Both the position numbers and the translations under genes were made by a program. From an uncultured Candidatus Saccharibacteria bacterium (GTDB lineage: Bacteria > Patescibacteriota > Doudnabacteria > UBA920), in the NCBI GenBank assembly GCA_964483665.1, contig CAZACP010000004.1:7399-71398 (forward strand): 64,000 nucleotides of DNA, written 5' to 3'. The notes below the pieces were generated by a model, which saw only the letters and a program-made list of their open reading frames with translations, had not been told where the DNA came from and searched no databases. Shown here piece after piece: positions 17,176-25,534 of this stretch; positions within the stretch are counted from its first letter, which is position 1; each line of letters opens with the position of its first letter.

Positions 17176-18153
17176 TTACAGCTTCACTATTGCCCTTAAT
17201 TTAGCGGGCTTTGAGCGAGGATTATTTTTTAATTCGTTTTCAGAAGCAGTTACTATTTTTTTGGTTAATATTTTTCCTTGAGGATTTTTGCCACACACAC
17301 ATTGAGGGAAATCTATTGGGCATACGCAGCCTTTACTTAAGCTATTAAAGTATTGTTTTACTATTCTGTCTTCAAGCGAATGGAAGCTTACTATTACTAG
17401 CCTGCCGCCCGGGTTTAAAAGGTCAAAACTTTTTGGCAAAAACTCTTCTAAGGCTTCCAGCTCATGGTTAACCGCTATTCTTAAGGCTTGAAATATTCTT
17501 CTGGCTGAATCATCGGCGCGATGTTTTACAGGCTTAGGAAGTGAATCATGGATTATTTGATAGAGTTCTGTTGTATAGCGGATTTGGCTCTTAGATCTTG
17601 ATTCTTGGATCTTCCTTGCTATCTGGCGGCTAAACTTTTCCTCACCGTAATCGCTAAATATTTTACTAAGCTCCTGTTCGCTTCTGTTATTTAGTAAAAA
17701 ACTTGCGTCTTCGGGTTTAGTTTGATCAAACCGCATGTCTAGCGGCTCTTTTTTCTGAAAGCTAAATCCCCGCCCAGACTGGTCAAGTTCATATGACGAA
17801 AGTCCCAAATCTGCAACAATGCCTGAAATATTATTAAACTCATGTTCTTTTGTTATTTTGTTTATGTTTTGAAAATTGCCGTGCACCGCTATCACTCCCT
17901 CTCCCTCTGGGAGAGGGCCGGGGTGAGGGTGTTTGATATTTGTCCGCCAGTTTGCGGATTGAAATTTGAAATTCTCAATCGCATCCTTGTCCAAATCTAT
18001 AACCAACAACTTGCCGCCCGGAGATATTTTTTGCAAGATCGTCTTACTATACCCTCCTCCGCCTAGCGTCGCGTCGACAAAATTCTCACCGGGCTTAGGG
18101 TTAAGAAAGTAAATAACTTCCTCAAGTAATACTGGAATATGTTCATAATTCAT
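17176..18153 (-). CDS. rsmH: 16S rRNA (cytosine1402-N4)-methyltransferase RsmH/MraW
   Basis: MNYEHIPVLLEEV...DATLGGGGYS and a C-terminal FHSLEDRIVK. It contains an in-frame repeat-derived insert. Confidence 0.85.
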   Translation of the reverse strand: MNYEHIPVLLEEVIYFLNPKPGENFVDATLGGGGYSKTILQKISPGGKLLVIDLDKDAIENFKFQSANWRTNIKHPHPGPLPEGEGVIAVHGNFQNINKITKEHEFNNISGIVADLGLSSYELDQSGRGFSFQKKEPLDMRFDQTKPEDASFLLNNRSEQELSKIFSDYGEEKFSRQIARKIQESRSKSQIRYTTELYQIIHDSLPKPVKHRADDSARRIFQALRIAVNHELEALEEFLPKSFDLLNPGGRLVIVSFHSLEDRIVKQYFNSLSKGCVCPIDFPQCVCGKNPQGKILTKKIVTASENELKNNPRSKPAKLRAIVKL

Positions 18154-18585
18154 TTAAACTCCTAGGCTCCCTAATTGTTCTGCTATTTGATTACTCGCGG
18201 CTTCGGTTTGCTGTTTGTACGCTTTCCACAGTTCTTCGCTCCAAATTTCTATGCGGTTATACAGTCCGGCAATTACTGCTTTTTTCCCAATTTTTGCAAA
18301 TTCCTTTAAATAGGTCGGTAAAATTATTCTGCCTTGCTTGTCTATTTCACAGTCCATAGCCCCGGCTAACATTAAACGGCTAAAGGCTCTGGTATTTGCC
18401 GTGGCAATTGGCAAGCTGGAAAGTTTTTCCGCCAATTTCTTCCATTCTTCCATTGAGTAAAGAAACAACGAATTGTCTAAACCCCTGGTAACAACGACTT
18501 TTCTTTTAAGTTCTGCTCTAAATTTGGCCGGAACTGAAATTCTGCCCTTTTCATCTATACTTGCTTGATATTCACCTATGAACAT
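18154..18585 (-). CDS. mraZ: Transcriptional regulator MraZ
   Basis: 143 aa, two-domain MraZ with DEKGRISVP and DKQGRIILP motifs. Confidence 0.85.
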   Translation of the reverse strand: MFIGEYQASIDEKGRISVPAKFRAELKRKVVVTRGLDNSLFLYSMEEWKKLAEKLSSLPIATANTRAFSRLMLAGAMDCEIDKQGRIILPTYLKEFAKIGKKAVIAGLYNRIEIWSEELWKAYKQQTEAASNQIAEQLGSLGV

Positions 18586-18769
18586 ATGAGCCGCTGTTTT
18601 CTCGCTGATCGGAACGCTGAGAGATCGCCGATGCTGTTTTTTCAGTGTCAGTTCAGCGTTTCTTTCTTCTGCGACAAATCCGCGTTTTAAGGAGAGACCA
18701 GCCCCGGTTTTCTTAAAAAGCCAGAGCTGGAAGCCGTAAATGACTTACAATTTAAGATGTTTTAGTTTT

Positions 18770-18806
18770 TCCACTTTACTTCCCACTTTTTCCCACCAAA
18801 ACCCAC
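18770..18806 (-). promoter_or_regulatory. MraZ operator: GTGGG direct repeats at exact 10-bp spacing
   Basis: Plus-strand CCCAC at 18782, 18792 and 18802, with a degenerate copy at 18771. On the mraZ strand this reads GTGGG-N5-GTGGG-N5-GTGGG, immediately 3' of the -10 box. Confidence 0.6.
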
Positions 18807-18824
18807 TTTTTAACATCTAAAGCA

Positions 18825-18853
18825 ATTATACCCCACCTTTTAACACCAGTCAA
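18825..18853 (-). promoter_or_regulatory. Consensus sigma-70 promoter for the dcw cluster (TTGACT-N17-TATAAT)
   Basis: On the minus strand: ttgact ggtgttaaaaggtgggg tataat. Confidence 0.55.
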
Positions 18854-19039
18854 AACTATTTGAGCATAAAAAAACAGCCGTTTCATTGGCTATTTCTAAT
18901 ATCTACCTTCCAATATTTAATATCTTCTTAATCTATCCACAGAACAAATAAAAAAACCTAAGAGAATCTCTGGGGTTAAATAACAAACATTTGATTACAA
19001 CATATTTGTTTGTTTTTAGGAAATTTTAAAAATTTTCAA

Positions 19040-19078
19040 ATAAAAACGGCGTGCTATTCCTCCATATAGCACGCGCGT
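19040..19078 (-). terminator. Rho-independent terminator
   Basis: On the minus strand: gcgtgctat-atggaggaat-agcacgc followed by a U-run. Confidence 0.55.
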
Positions 19079-19091
19079 TTCGCTGGTTAGT

Positions 19092-19871
19092 TCAGTCTTT
19101 TGGATTGAACGGGGCCAAAAACGCGGCAAGCTGTTCAAGCTTCCTAGCCAGTACAATATTCTCACCTTGAAGCCTGACGATGGCAGCCTGGTTTTCTTCT
19201 CTCTCACGCCGAAGAGCATCTAGAAACCCAGGTAAGGTCTCTGAAAGCTGGGTCAACAACCTAAGAAAGGCATTGACCTGAGGCGCTTCAAAACATTCGA
19301 CAGAGCCTGAATTCGCACGTTTTTTCCCCCGAAGAGACTGTTTGACAACACCCCTGTTTTTACAGAATTGGTAATAGTAGGTCGAAACCCCACTGTACGT
19401 TGCCCCAGTAAACCCATTTGAGATGGCAAGCATAACAAGCCTGTTAATCTCTGGGGGTGATTCCGCGTCTGGATTGCCGTTTTGGTACACAAACGCTTTC
19501 AGCGTTAGTCTGACTCCATTTCCCACACCGGGTGGCTGAACCGGCTTTACTGCAAGGGGCTCGGGTTCGGCCAAACCCAAGACCCTATGTAGCTTCGTCT
19601 CAAAATCGTTCTGCGCTTCAACCTTCACATACACGCAGCCTTCAATCTCGCCCGCACCTTTTATGACCAAAGCGGTCGCGTTCTCTCTAATTGCAGATTC
19701 GCAGCACAGAACGTGGGTTGTGTTCGAAGGAAACCGGAAAGGGTTTCTTATATCTGCTGTCAAAACTACACCAATTCTCGTGTCATCTGTGACCAGTAGA
19801 GCCAACTCGTTGCTAGCCGTAGTGATGTTAAAACCCACCAACCAGATGCTTGCCCCACTCCCTTTCTCCAT
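19092..19871 (-). CDS. Hypothetical protein (GC-rich orphan ORF, about 50% GC)
   Basis: 259 aa. The C-terminal 60 aa form a heptad leucine zipper ending LEQLAAFLAP. Confidence 0.4.
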   Translation of the reverse strand: MEKGSGASIWLVGFNITTASNELALLVTDDTRIGVVLTADIRNPFRFPSNTTHVLCCESAIRENATALVIKGAGEIEGCVYVKVEAQNDFETKLHRVLGLAEPEPLAVKPVQPPGVGNGVRLTLKAFVYQNGNPDAESPPEINRLVMLAISNGFTGATYSGVSTYYYQFCKNRGVVKQSLRGKKRANSGSVECFEAPQVNAFLRLLTQLSETLPGFLDALRREREENQAAIVRLQGENIVLARKLEQLAAFLAPFNPKD

Positions 19872-20087
19872 GTGTATGCCCGCCTTTCGCTCAAAATCTC
19901 CGGGAAGTTTAACTAATTTTCATTAATCTTCCTCCCTGGAATATGTTTGTAATTCTACATTAAAAAAAGCCCTATTTCAAGGCTTAAAATATACCTAGCA
20001 AGCTAAACTGAATAGTGAACAAAAACAAATAGATTCCGGATAAATTTAACAGCAAAATAAATTTTCCGGAATGACATACTAAAAAAA

Positions 20088-20561
20088 TTATTTATACTTT
20101 GAAATCTCGTATGCTGCAACTCCGAACGCCACAGACACATTCAGACTTTCTTTTTGTCCAAACATAGGGATTTCTACCACCCTATCACAAAGCTTTAATA
20201 ATGCTTTTTCCACACCCCCAACTTCTTCGCCCAATATTAAAACCAAGGGAAACTTTGGTTTAAACTTGTTCAGCTTTATAGTTTTACCTTTTATATTGTT
20301 TTCAAGCGCAACAACCTGAATTTTTGGGTGTTTAAGTTTTAGCTCCTTAACTAACCTAACCGGTGAAATTTTATGTTCCCAAGGCACAAACTCTTCCGCC
20401 CCCAGCGCAGTTTTGCTAATTTTAACTTTATGCTTAAAAAGCTCCGGCGTAGGCGTATAGCCGGTTAAATAAATTTTACTTACAGAAAAAGCATCGGCAG
20501 TTCTAAACAGCGAACCAACGTTAAAAAGTGAGCGAATATTGTGAGCAACCACATAAAACAT
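20088..20561 (-). CDS. SpoU/TrmH-family RNA 2'-O-methyltransferase
   Basis: 157 aa with the C-terminal SpoU motif IPMFGQKESLNVSVAFGVAAYE. Confidence 0.7.
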   Translation of the reverse strand: MFYVVAHNIRSLFNVGSLFRTADAFSVSKIYLTGYTPTPELFKHKVKISKTALGAEEFVPWEHKISPVRLVKELKLKHPKIQVVALENNIKGKTIKLNKFKPKFPLVLILGEEVGGVEKALLKLCDRVVEIPMFGQKESLNVSVAFGVAAYEISKYK

Positions 20562-20579
20562 AACAAAATTATGGAAGTG

Positions 20580-21136
20580 TCAAAGGTCACCTTTGACACT
20601 AAGGGTACTTTCGGCCTTCGATCTACGATTTTTTATTACCCACCAGCTATACCAAACAGCAAAAAAAGTATATTGCGGTATTAGAATTGCCCAATGCGCC
20701 CAACTAAGGCCCCAAGTTAACTTATAGTTAGAGATCGGGAACAAAAACGGGGTGTTGTAAAAATTTGGATGCGTCGGCATATCGAGCAAAATATGAAAAC
20801 CCCACGCCAGCATAGGAAAATAAACAATTTCCCATCCGCTTTTTTTGTGTTTAATTTTTCTGTACAAAGATGTAATTAAAAAACTACCGAAAAAACCACT
20901 AAGGAATGGGTAAAATTGTAAGCAAACGGCGCCCAATTTAAAGTCCAGTGGCTAAAATTCCAATTTTCAGGCCCGCCAAATCTGCCGGTTAAAAACGTAT
21001 ATATAAACAAAGGGGCAAATGGAATTAAGTCAGGCAAAACGCCAAAAGCCACCGCCACCCAGCGCATTTTGCTGTTATGCGGGTATTTTTTATAAACAAT
21101 AATATTACTCCAAAGACCGTGGGCTAAAACATCCAT
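20580..21136 (-). pseudogene. Membrane-bound metal-dependent hydrolase (YdjM/DUF457-like), frameshifted
   Basis: Two overlapping ORFs in different frames cover the N-half (LPDLI...FTHSL) and the C-half (HILLDMPTHP) of a single protein. The shift falls in an A6/T6 homopolymer near 20885-20895. Confidence 0.55.
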
Positions 21137-21148
21137 AATTAGGTTACC

Positions 21149-21568
21149 TTACTCCAAGAGCTTTAAATTAAATTCTTCGTTATTCGTTCTGCTAATTTGC
21201 CCGTCCAGTTTTATTAAAAACATCTCACAAGTTACGGAAACGGTTAATTTAAAAACATGACCGCCAACAGTGGTAAAGTCATTGCGGCCAAACATACCAT
21301 GAGCGTGAATAAAAGGCTTACCATCAACCACACTGCCGTTGCCATTTAAAGAAACCATTTCAAATTCTTCCAAAAATATTTTTTTTCTGTAGTCTTTTAC
21401 ATGAACATTAAAGAAGCCCATTTCCAAGTCTATAACAGCTCCTACCGCGCTAAAAGTACAAGCTCCTATTTGCTCGCTTTGTAAAAATTCTCCCAACTTG
21501 CTTAAAACTTCTTCGCCTTTGTCAAAACGAAGAATATAACGACGGCCGTCTTTAAGAATGGTTTTCAT
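21149..21568 (-). CDS. PPC/DUF296-domain protein (predicted DNA-binding)
   Basis: 139 aa with a PPC-domain-like beta-rich sequence. Confidence 0.45.
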   Translation of the reverse strand: MKTILKDGRRYILRFDKGEEVLSKLGEFLQSEQIGACTFSAVGAVIDLEMGFFNVHVKDYRKKIFLEEFEMVSLNGNGSVVDGKPFIHAHGMFGRNDFTTVGGHVFKLTVSVTCEMFLIKLDGQISRTNNEEFNLKLLE

Positions 21569-21666
21569 AGTAAGCGATCCTAACCTACGAATGCATCCGA
21601 ATTATCCGAATACTTAATTATTTAGACTTCGGGTCATTCGGATAAAGTTCGGATTGTTAGCGTCGG

Positions 21667-22050
21667 TTAATTAAGCTTCACGTCCCTGCTTAAAACGTCT
21701 CTAACTTTTTTCATTACTTCGTCTATAGACTGGTCGCTTTTAAGCAAATAGTCAGTAGCGCCGGCTTCCAAAATTTTGCTTATAGTCTCCATATCGCCCA
21801 TATTAGTCAAAACCACAACCGCGGTTTTTTTTGTTTCTTCGTTACTCCTAAGCTCCCACAATACCGAAATGCCGTCTAACTTAGGCATCATTATGTCTAA
21901 AAGCAAAAGGTCAGGCTTTATTTCCTTGGCTTTTGCCACAGCCTCTTCACCGTCATACGCCGGCGTGGCGTCGTAGCCGTTTTGTTTAAGCGCATCGCAC
22001 AAAGACGCGGAAATGAGTTTATCGTCTTCGGCAACCAAGATTTTGATCAT
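21667..22050 (-). CDS. Response regulator, receiver domain only (CheY-like)
   Basis: MIKILVAEDDKLI...LLLLDIMMPKLDG...TNMGD...ATDYLLK. Confidence 0.85.
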   Translation of the reverse strand: MIKILVAEDDKLISASLCDALKQNGYDATPAYDGEEAVAKAKEIKPDLLLLDIMMPKLDGISVLWELRSNEETKKTAVVVLTNMGDMETISKILEAGATDYLLKSDQSIDEVMKKVRDVLSRDVKLN

Positions 22051-22179
22051 AAATTTGTCTTTTATTTAAGGTTAATTTGTTGACATTATTATAGCAAAAA
22101 ACAAAAAAAATCAACACTATCTAGTAAAATCCCTTTAGTACTTTCGTATATTTTCGCACTTTAGTAGCCAATAGCCAAT

Positions 22180-23853
22180 TTACTCCAAAGGCAACGAAAA
22201 ATAAAAAGTGCTACCCAAATTTTCACCCGGGCTTTCCGCCCAAACTTGGCCGCCATGGGATTCCACAATGCCTTTTGTAACAACCAAACCAAGTCCGGTG
22301 CCTTTACGACTCCTGTCGCCGCTTTTAAGCTGTTTAAATTTCGAAAACAACACGGGCAAATCTTCCGGCGAAATGCCTATACCGGTGTCTTTAACCCCCA
22401 CGACAACGCGCTTTTTTTCCGGCTCGGTATTTACGTTAACGACTATTTCGCCCGTGTCCGAATATTTTATTGCGTTGCTAATTAAATTGCCTAACACCTG
22501 AGCCACCCTAACTCTGTCAAATTTGCACTTAAATTTTTCAGGCGAAGTGAACTTTATAGACAAATGTTTGGCTTCGGCCTGGGGTTTAAATGCGTCCACC
22601 TGCTGTTTTAACACTTCGACCAAATCATACTCCTGGGCATTTAACTCAAACTTCCCGGCTTCTATTTTTGCCACGTCAAGCAGGTCGTTAACCAACTCCA
22701 GCATATTGTTAGAAGCCGTTTCTATGGTTAAGAAGGTATCTTTTACCTTGGTTTGGTCGGTACCTTGAGCCGCGGCCAAAGTTTTTATCATTGATTCGCT
22801 TGACCAACGAACCGCGGTCAAAGGAGCCCTAAGCTCGTGCACCATCATGGCGGTAAATTCCTGACGCAATTTTTCCAAAGATTTTTCCGTGGTAATGTCG
22901 TGAAAAACCACGTTGGTGCCTATTTTTTCACCTGCATCGGTTTTAACCGGCGTAATGGTAATTTCTAAAGCTTTGTTTTTCAACACTACATCCGGCACAA
23001 AAACAGTTTTGTCTTCACTCAGTGCCTGGTCTATTTTAGTTCTCAAGTCCGTCTTGCCGGCAAGCGCGTCAACTATGTCGAACATCGTTAAAGCCTGACC
23101 CGGCTTAAGGCCCGTAATTTCTAAAATTTCCTTTACCGAATGATTAGCAATTAACAATTGGTGGTTTAAGTCCACGTTAATTATACCGTCGGCAATTGAG
23201 TCAATAACTGCTTCTAACTTCCCTTTTTCGCTATGCAAAACGGCCTGCAGTTTAGTAACCGCGGTTGCTGCCTGGTTGGTAATAGCATACAAAATAGATG
23301 CCTGTTCGTCGCCATAACGGCCCGCTTCCGAAGAAGCCACGTTTATAAGGCCGATTAACTTTTCTCCAATAACCACAGGTAAGTTGAAATAAGATTTTAC
23401 ATTTACGTTTATATTGTCGTCTAAAATATTTCCGGTTACGCTTTCATCAACTTTTTGAGGCTTTATATCCTCGTTTAAAATAGCCGCAAAAGCCTGGAGC
23501 ATTTTTTCTTTTACTTCCGAAATAAACTCGTGGTTAACCGTATTTTCTACATGGCATTTAAACACCACTTTATGGTCGTCGGTTAAAACCATATACGAAA
23601 CTGTGTCGTACTCCAGCAAATTACCAAGCGAATTGGTAATAATTTCCACCACTTTGTTGGTGTCTAAGCTATAGCCAATACGTTCGCTTATTTCTTTTAA
23701 CACCTGGGCTTGATAGACTTTTTGTTGCAGCTGCAGGCTCTGGCTTAAGCGTTTTCTTAAAACATTACGCTCTTTTAAAGAGCGAAAAACATACCATGTT
23801 ACAACAATGGCAAGGATAATAAAATCTACTACTAATAAAATATTGATGATCAT
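22180..23853 (-). CDS. Sensor histidine kinase (TM, GAF/PAS-like, HisKA, HATPase)
   Basis: H-box MMVHELRAPLTAV, N-box LISNAIKYS and G-boxes VKDTGIGI and GTGLGLVVTKGIV. Confidence 0.85.
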   Translation of the reverse strand: MIINILLVVDFIILAIVVTWYVFRSLKERNVLRKRLSQSLQLQQKVYQAQVLKEISERIGYSLDTNKVVEIITNSLGNLLEYDTVSYMVLTDDHKVVFKCHVENTVNHEFISEVKEKMLQAFAAILNEDIKPQKVDESVTGNILDDNINVNVKSYFNLPVVIGEKLIGLINVASSEAGRYGDEQASILYAITNQAATAVTKLQAVLHSEKGKLEAVIDSIADGIINVDLNHQLLIANHSVKEILEITGLKPGQALTMFDIVDALAGKTDLRTKIDQALSEDKTVFVPDVVLKNKALEITITPVKTDAGEKIGTNVVFHDITTEKSLEKLRQEFTAMMVHELRAPLTAVRWSSESMIKTLAAAQGTDQTKVKDTFLTIETASNNMLELVNDLLDVAKIEAGKFELNAQEYDLVEVLKQQVDAFKPQAEAKHLSIKFTSPEKFKCKFDRVRVAQVLGNLISNAIKYSDTGEIVVNVNTEPEKKRVVVGVKDTGIGISPEDLPVLFSKFKQLKSGDRSRKGTGLGLVVTKGIVESHGGQVWAESPGENLGSTFYFSLPLE

Positions 23854-23860
23854 TTTTGTT

Positions 23861-23905
23861 TTTGCTACAGAAACCTACTAAAACACACTACGTAAAACTA
23901 CAGAA
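23861..23905. repeat. Family F element (CTACAGA tandem motifs)
   Basis: gctacagaaacctactaaaacacactacgtaaaactacagaagc. The inverted partner is at 24289-24330. Confidence 0.55.
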
Positions 23906-24035
23906 GCTATTTAAAGTTATTTTGATTAAGCACCCTTTTTGGTGCTAAATATTTAGTTCGAAAGTTAACTAAAATACCAAGCTTAAAATTAGTTATATCC
24001 AAGTATCTTTTTATTTGTTCGAAATGTTCTTTTAT

Positions 24036-24314
24036 TTAAAACCGAACAGCCTTTAGCTCCAATATTAATGCATTGTCAATAATAAAATCCACAATATTTC
24101 CTGTGTCCCCGATTATTACTTCTTTCTTATACTTAATACCATTTTCTGAAAATTTTTTCTCTAGCAACTTACTATATTGTTTCTCCTTAGCATATGGACC
24201 TAATTCTTTATAAACTTCAATCAATAAACCGTTTATTTTATAGCTCAAATCCCCGTACAAAAAATCTACCTTCAGTTTCTTCGTTTCTGTAGTTTTCTGT
24301 AGGTTATTACTCAT
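24036..24314 (-). CDS. GxxExxY family protein (PD-(D/E)XK-like), C-terminally truncated paralogue
   Basis: FLYGDLSYKINGLLIEVYKELGPYAKEKQYSKLLEKKF is about 60% identical to the 39534..39923 protein, but it stops at LKAVRF and lacks the last 35 aa. Confidence 0.65.
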   Translation of the reverse strand: MSNNLQKTTETKKLKVDFLYGDLSYKINGLLIEVYKELGPYAKEKQYSKLLEKKFSENGIKYKKEVIIGDTGNIVDFIIDNALILELKAVRF

Positions 24315-24328
24315 TCGTAGTTCTGTAG

Positions 24329-24595
24329 CTACAATGCTTTTATTGAAGGGTATTTTTCGAGCAATGAATTTAATGTCATTTGCGCGATTTGTCCGGAAAG
24401 CGCCATATATTCGTTGGCCACGCCTTTTAAAACCATAGGCGGGTTGCCGTCCATGTCCAAAACCGTTCCGTCGTCGGCTATTTTTACCCCCGGCACTTTG
24501 CGGGCTTTATCGAGTGCAATATTGGGGCCTAACACAACCATTTGCTTTTGGATCAAATCCGTAAGCATTTTTTTGTATTCTGCTTGGTCTTGCAT
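24329..24595 (-). CDS. Hypothetical protein
   Basis: 88-aa ORF with no motif I recognise. Confidence 0.35.
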   Translation of the reverse strand: MQDQAEYKKMLTDLIQKQMVVLGPNIALDKARKVPGVKIADDGTVLDMDGNPPMVLKGVANEYMALSGQIAQMTLNSLLEKYPSIKAL

Positions 24596-24626
24596 ATTTT
24601 TGTTTCCTTAGCTCTTTCCTTATTTT

Positions 24627-24670
24627 TTCCCTCTCCAAGACTTGGAGAGGGTTAGGGAAAGGTTGATGAT
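24627..24670. repeat. Family A element (CCCTCTCCAAGACTTGGAGAGGG TTAGGGAAAGGTTG)
   Basis: Matches the cores at 63043 and 6204. Confidence 0.7.
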
Positions 24671-24763
24671 TTGTAAACTGAGGTAAGTTAACTTATTATA
24701 CCATAAAAAATACAAACACGCCTCTTAAGAGAAAACTCCACTGAGGCGTGCTTAGCAAAAATT

Positions 24764-25429
24764 TCAGCTTTGGAACGCGAGCCGTGCCCGCATGATCAAC
24801 TGTTTTTGAACCGCGGGAAAACCTTTCAACTCAGACAGGCGCATACTCACCGCACCACCCATAAGAATTTGGACTTTCAACTCATGGGGCTTATAAGGCA
24901 CTGAGTCGCGTGTTTGAAACTGAGCTATCTTGAGGTCAAAGGTTGGGCCGATCACATTCGAAACCTTACGCTGCGGTTCGTAGTAGACCACACCAAGGCC
25001 CAATCGACCTGAAAAAACCTTGGTACAGCCTTTGCCCCTAAGCATGTTGTTGAAACTTCGACCGTTCGTCCACGACCATGCACTGTAACAACGGACGGGG
25101 CTGTTTTCAGGCCAATCTCTAGGCTGAATTTGCCCGGGCCCTTCCACCATGAGGCAAGTGTGGAAAGCGTAGCCTGATCCGTCGATCGGTCTTAGTTGTC
25201 CCGCTTCAAGAAGAATCTCGGTTTGCTCCCACTTGGCAGCCATTTGCGACAACCAAGACAGCGAGAACATCTCGGGAGCAAACCGTGGCACGTAGGTGGT
25301 ATTTCCCGGCGAAAAATTATTCCAACCAGTTCCGGGTTTCCCAACCTGATACTTGTAACAATCATCCTCGAAGCGAAACCCGTAGCAAGGCACCAAAAAG
25401 CTGTTGTCGTTCTTTTCAACGTCTTTCAC
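24764..25429 (-). CDS. Hypothetical protein (GC-rich orphan ORF; GTG start)
   Basis: 221 aa, Trp/Gly-rich, with elevated GC and no match I recognise. Confidence 0.4.
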   Translation of the reverse strand: MKDVEKNDNSFLVPCYGFRFEDDCYKYQVGKPGTGWNNFSPGNTTYVPRFAPEMFSLSWLSQMAAKWEQTEILLEAGQLRPIDGSGYAFHTCLMVEGPGQIQPRDWPENSPVRCYSAWSWTNGRSFNNMLRGKGCTKVFSGRLGLGVVYYEPQRKVSNVIGPTFDLKIAQFQTRDSVPYKPHELKVQILMGGAVSMRLSELKGFPAVQKQLIMRARLAFQS

Positions 25430-25534
25430 TTTAACCTACTTTTCCCTTCTTTAACTTGGTTTTGTCGCCTTGGTAGAAAGGAACACCAATACAAGCGACA
25501 ATATTTTATAGCACTTTCAACAGCAATGGTCAAC

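Noticed and set aside
18586-19091. Possible pseudogene or ncRNA in the 500-bp mraZ upstream region.
   Set aside because: The region is better explained as promoter, MraZ operator and a 190-nt leader. No ORF is longer than 40 codons, and it contains no tRNA-like structure.
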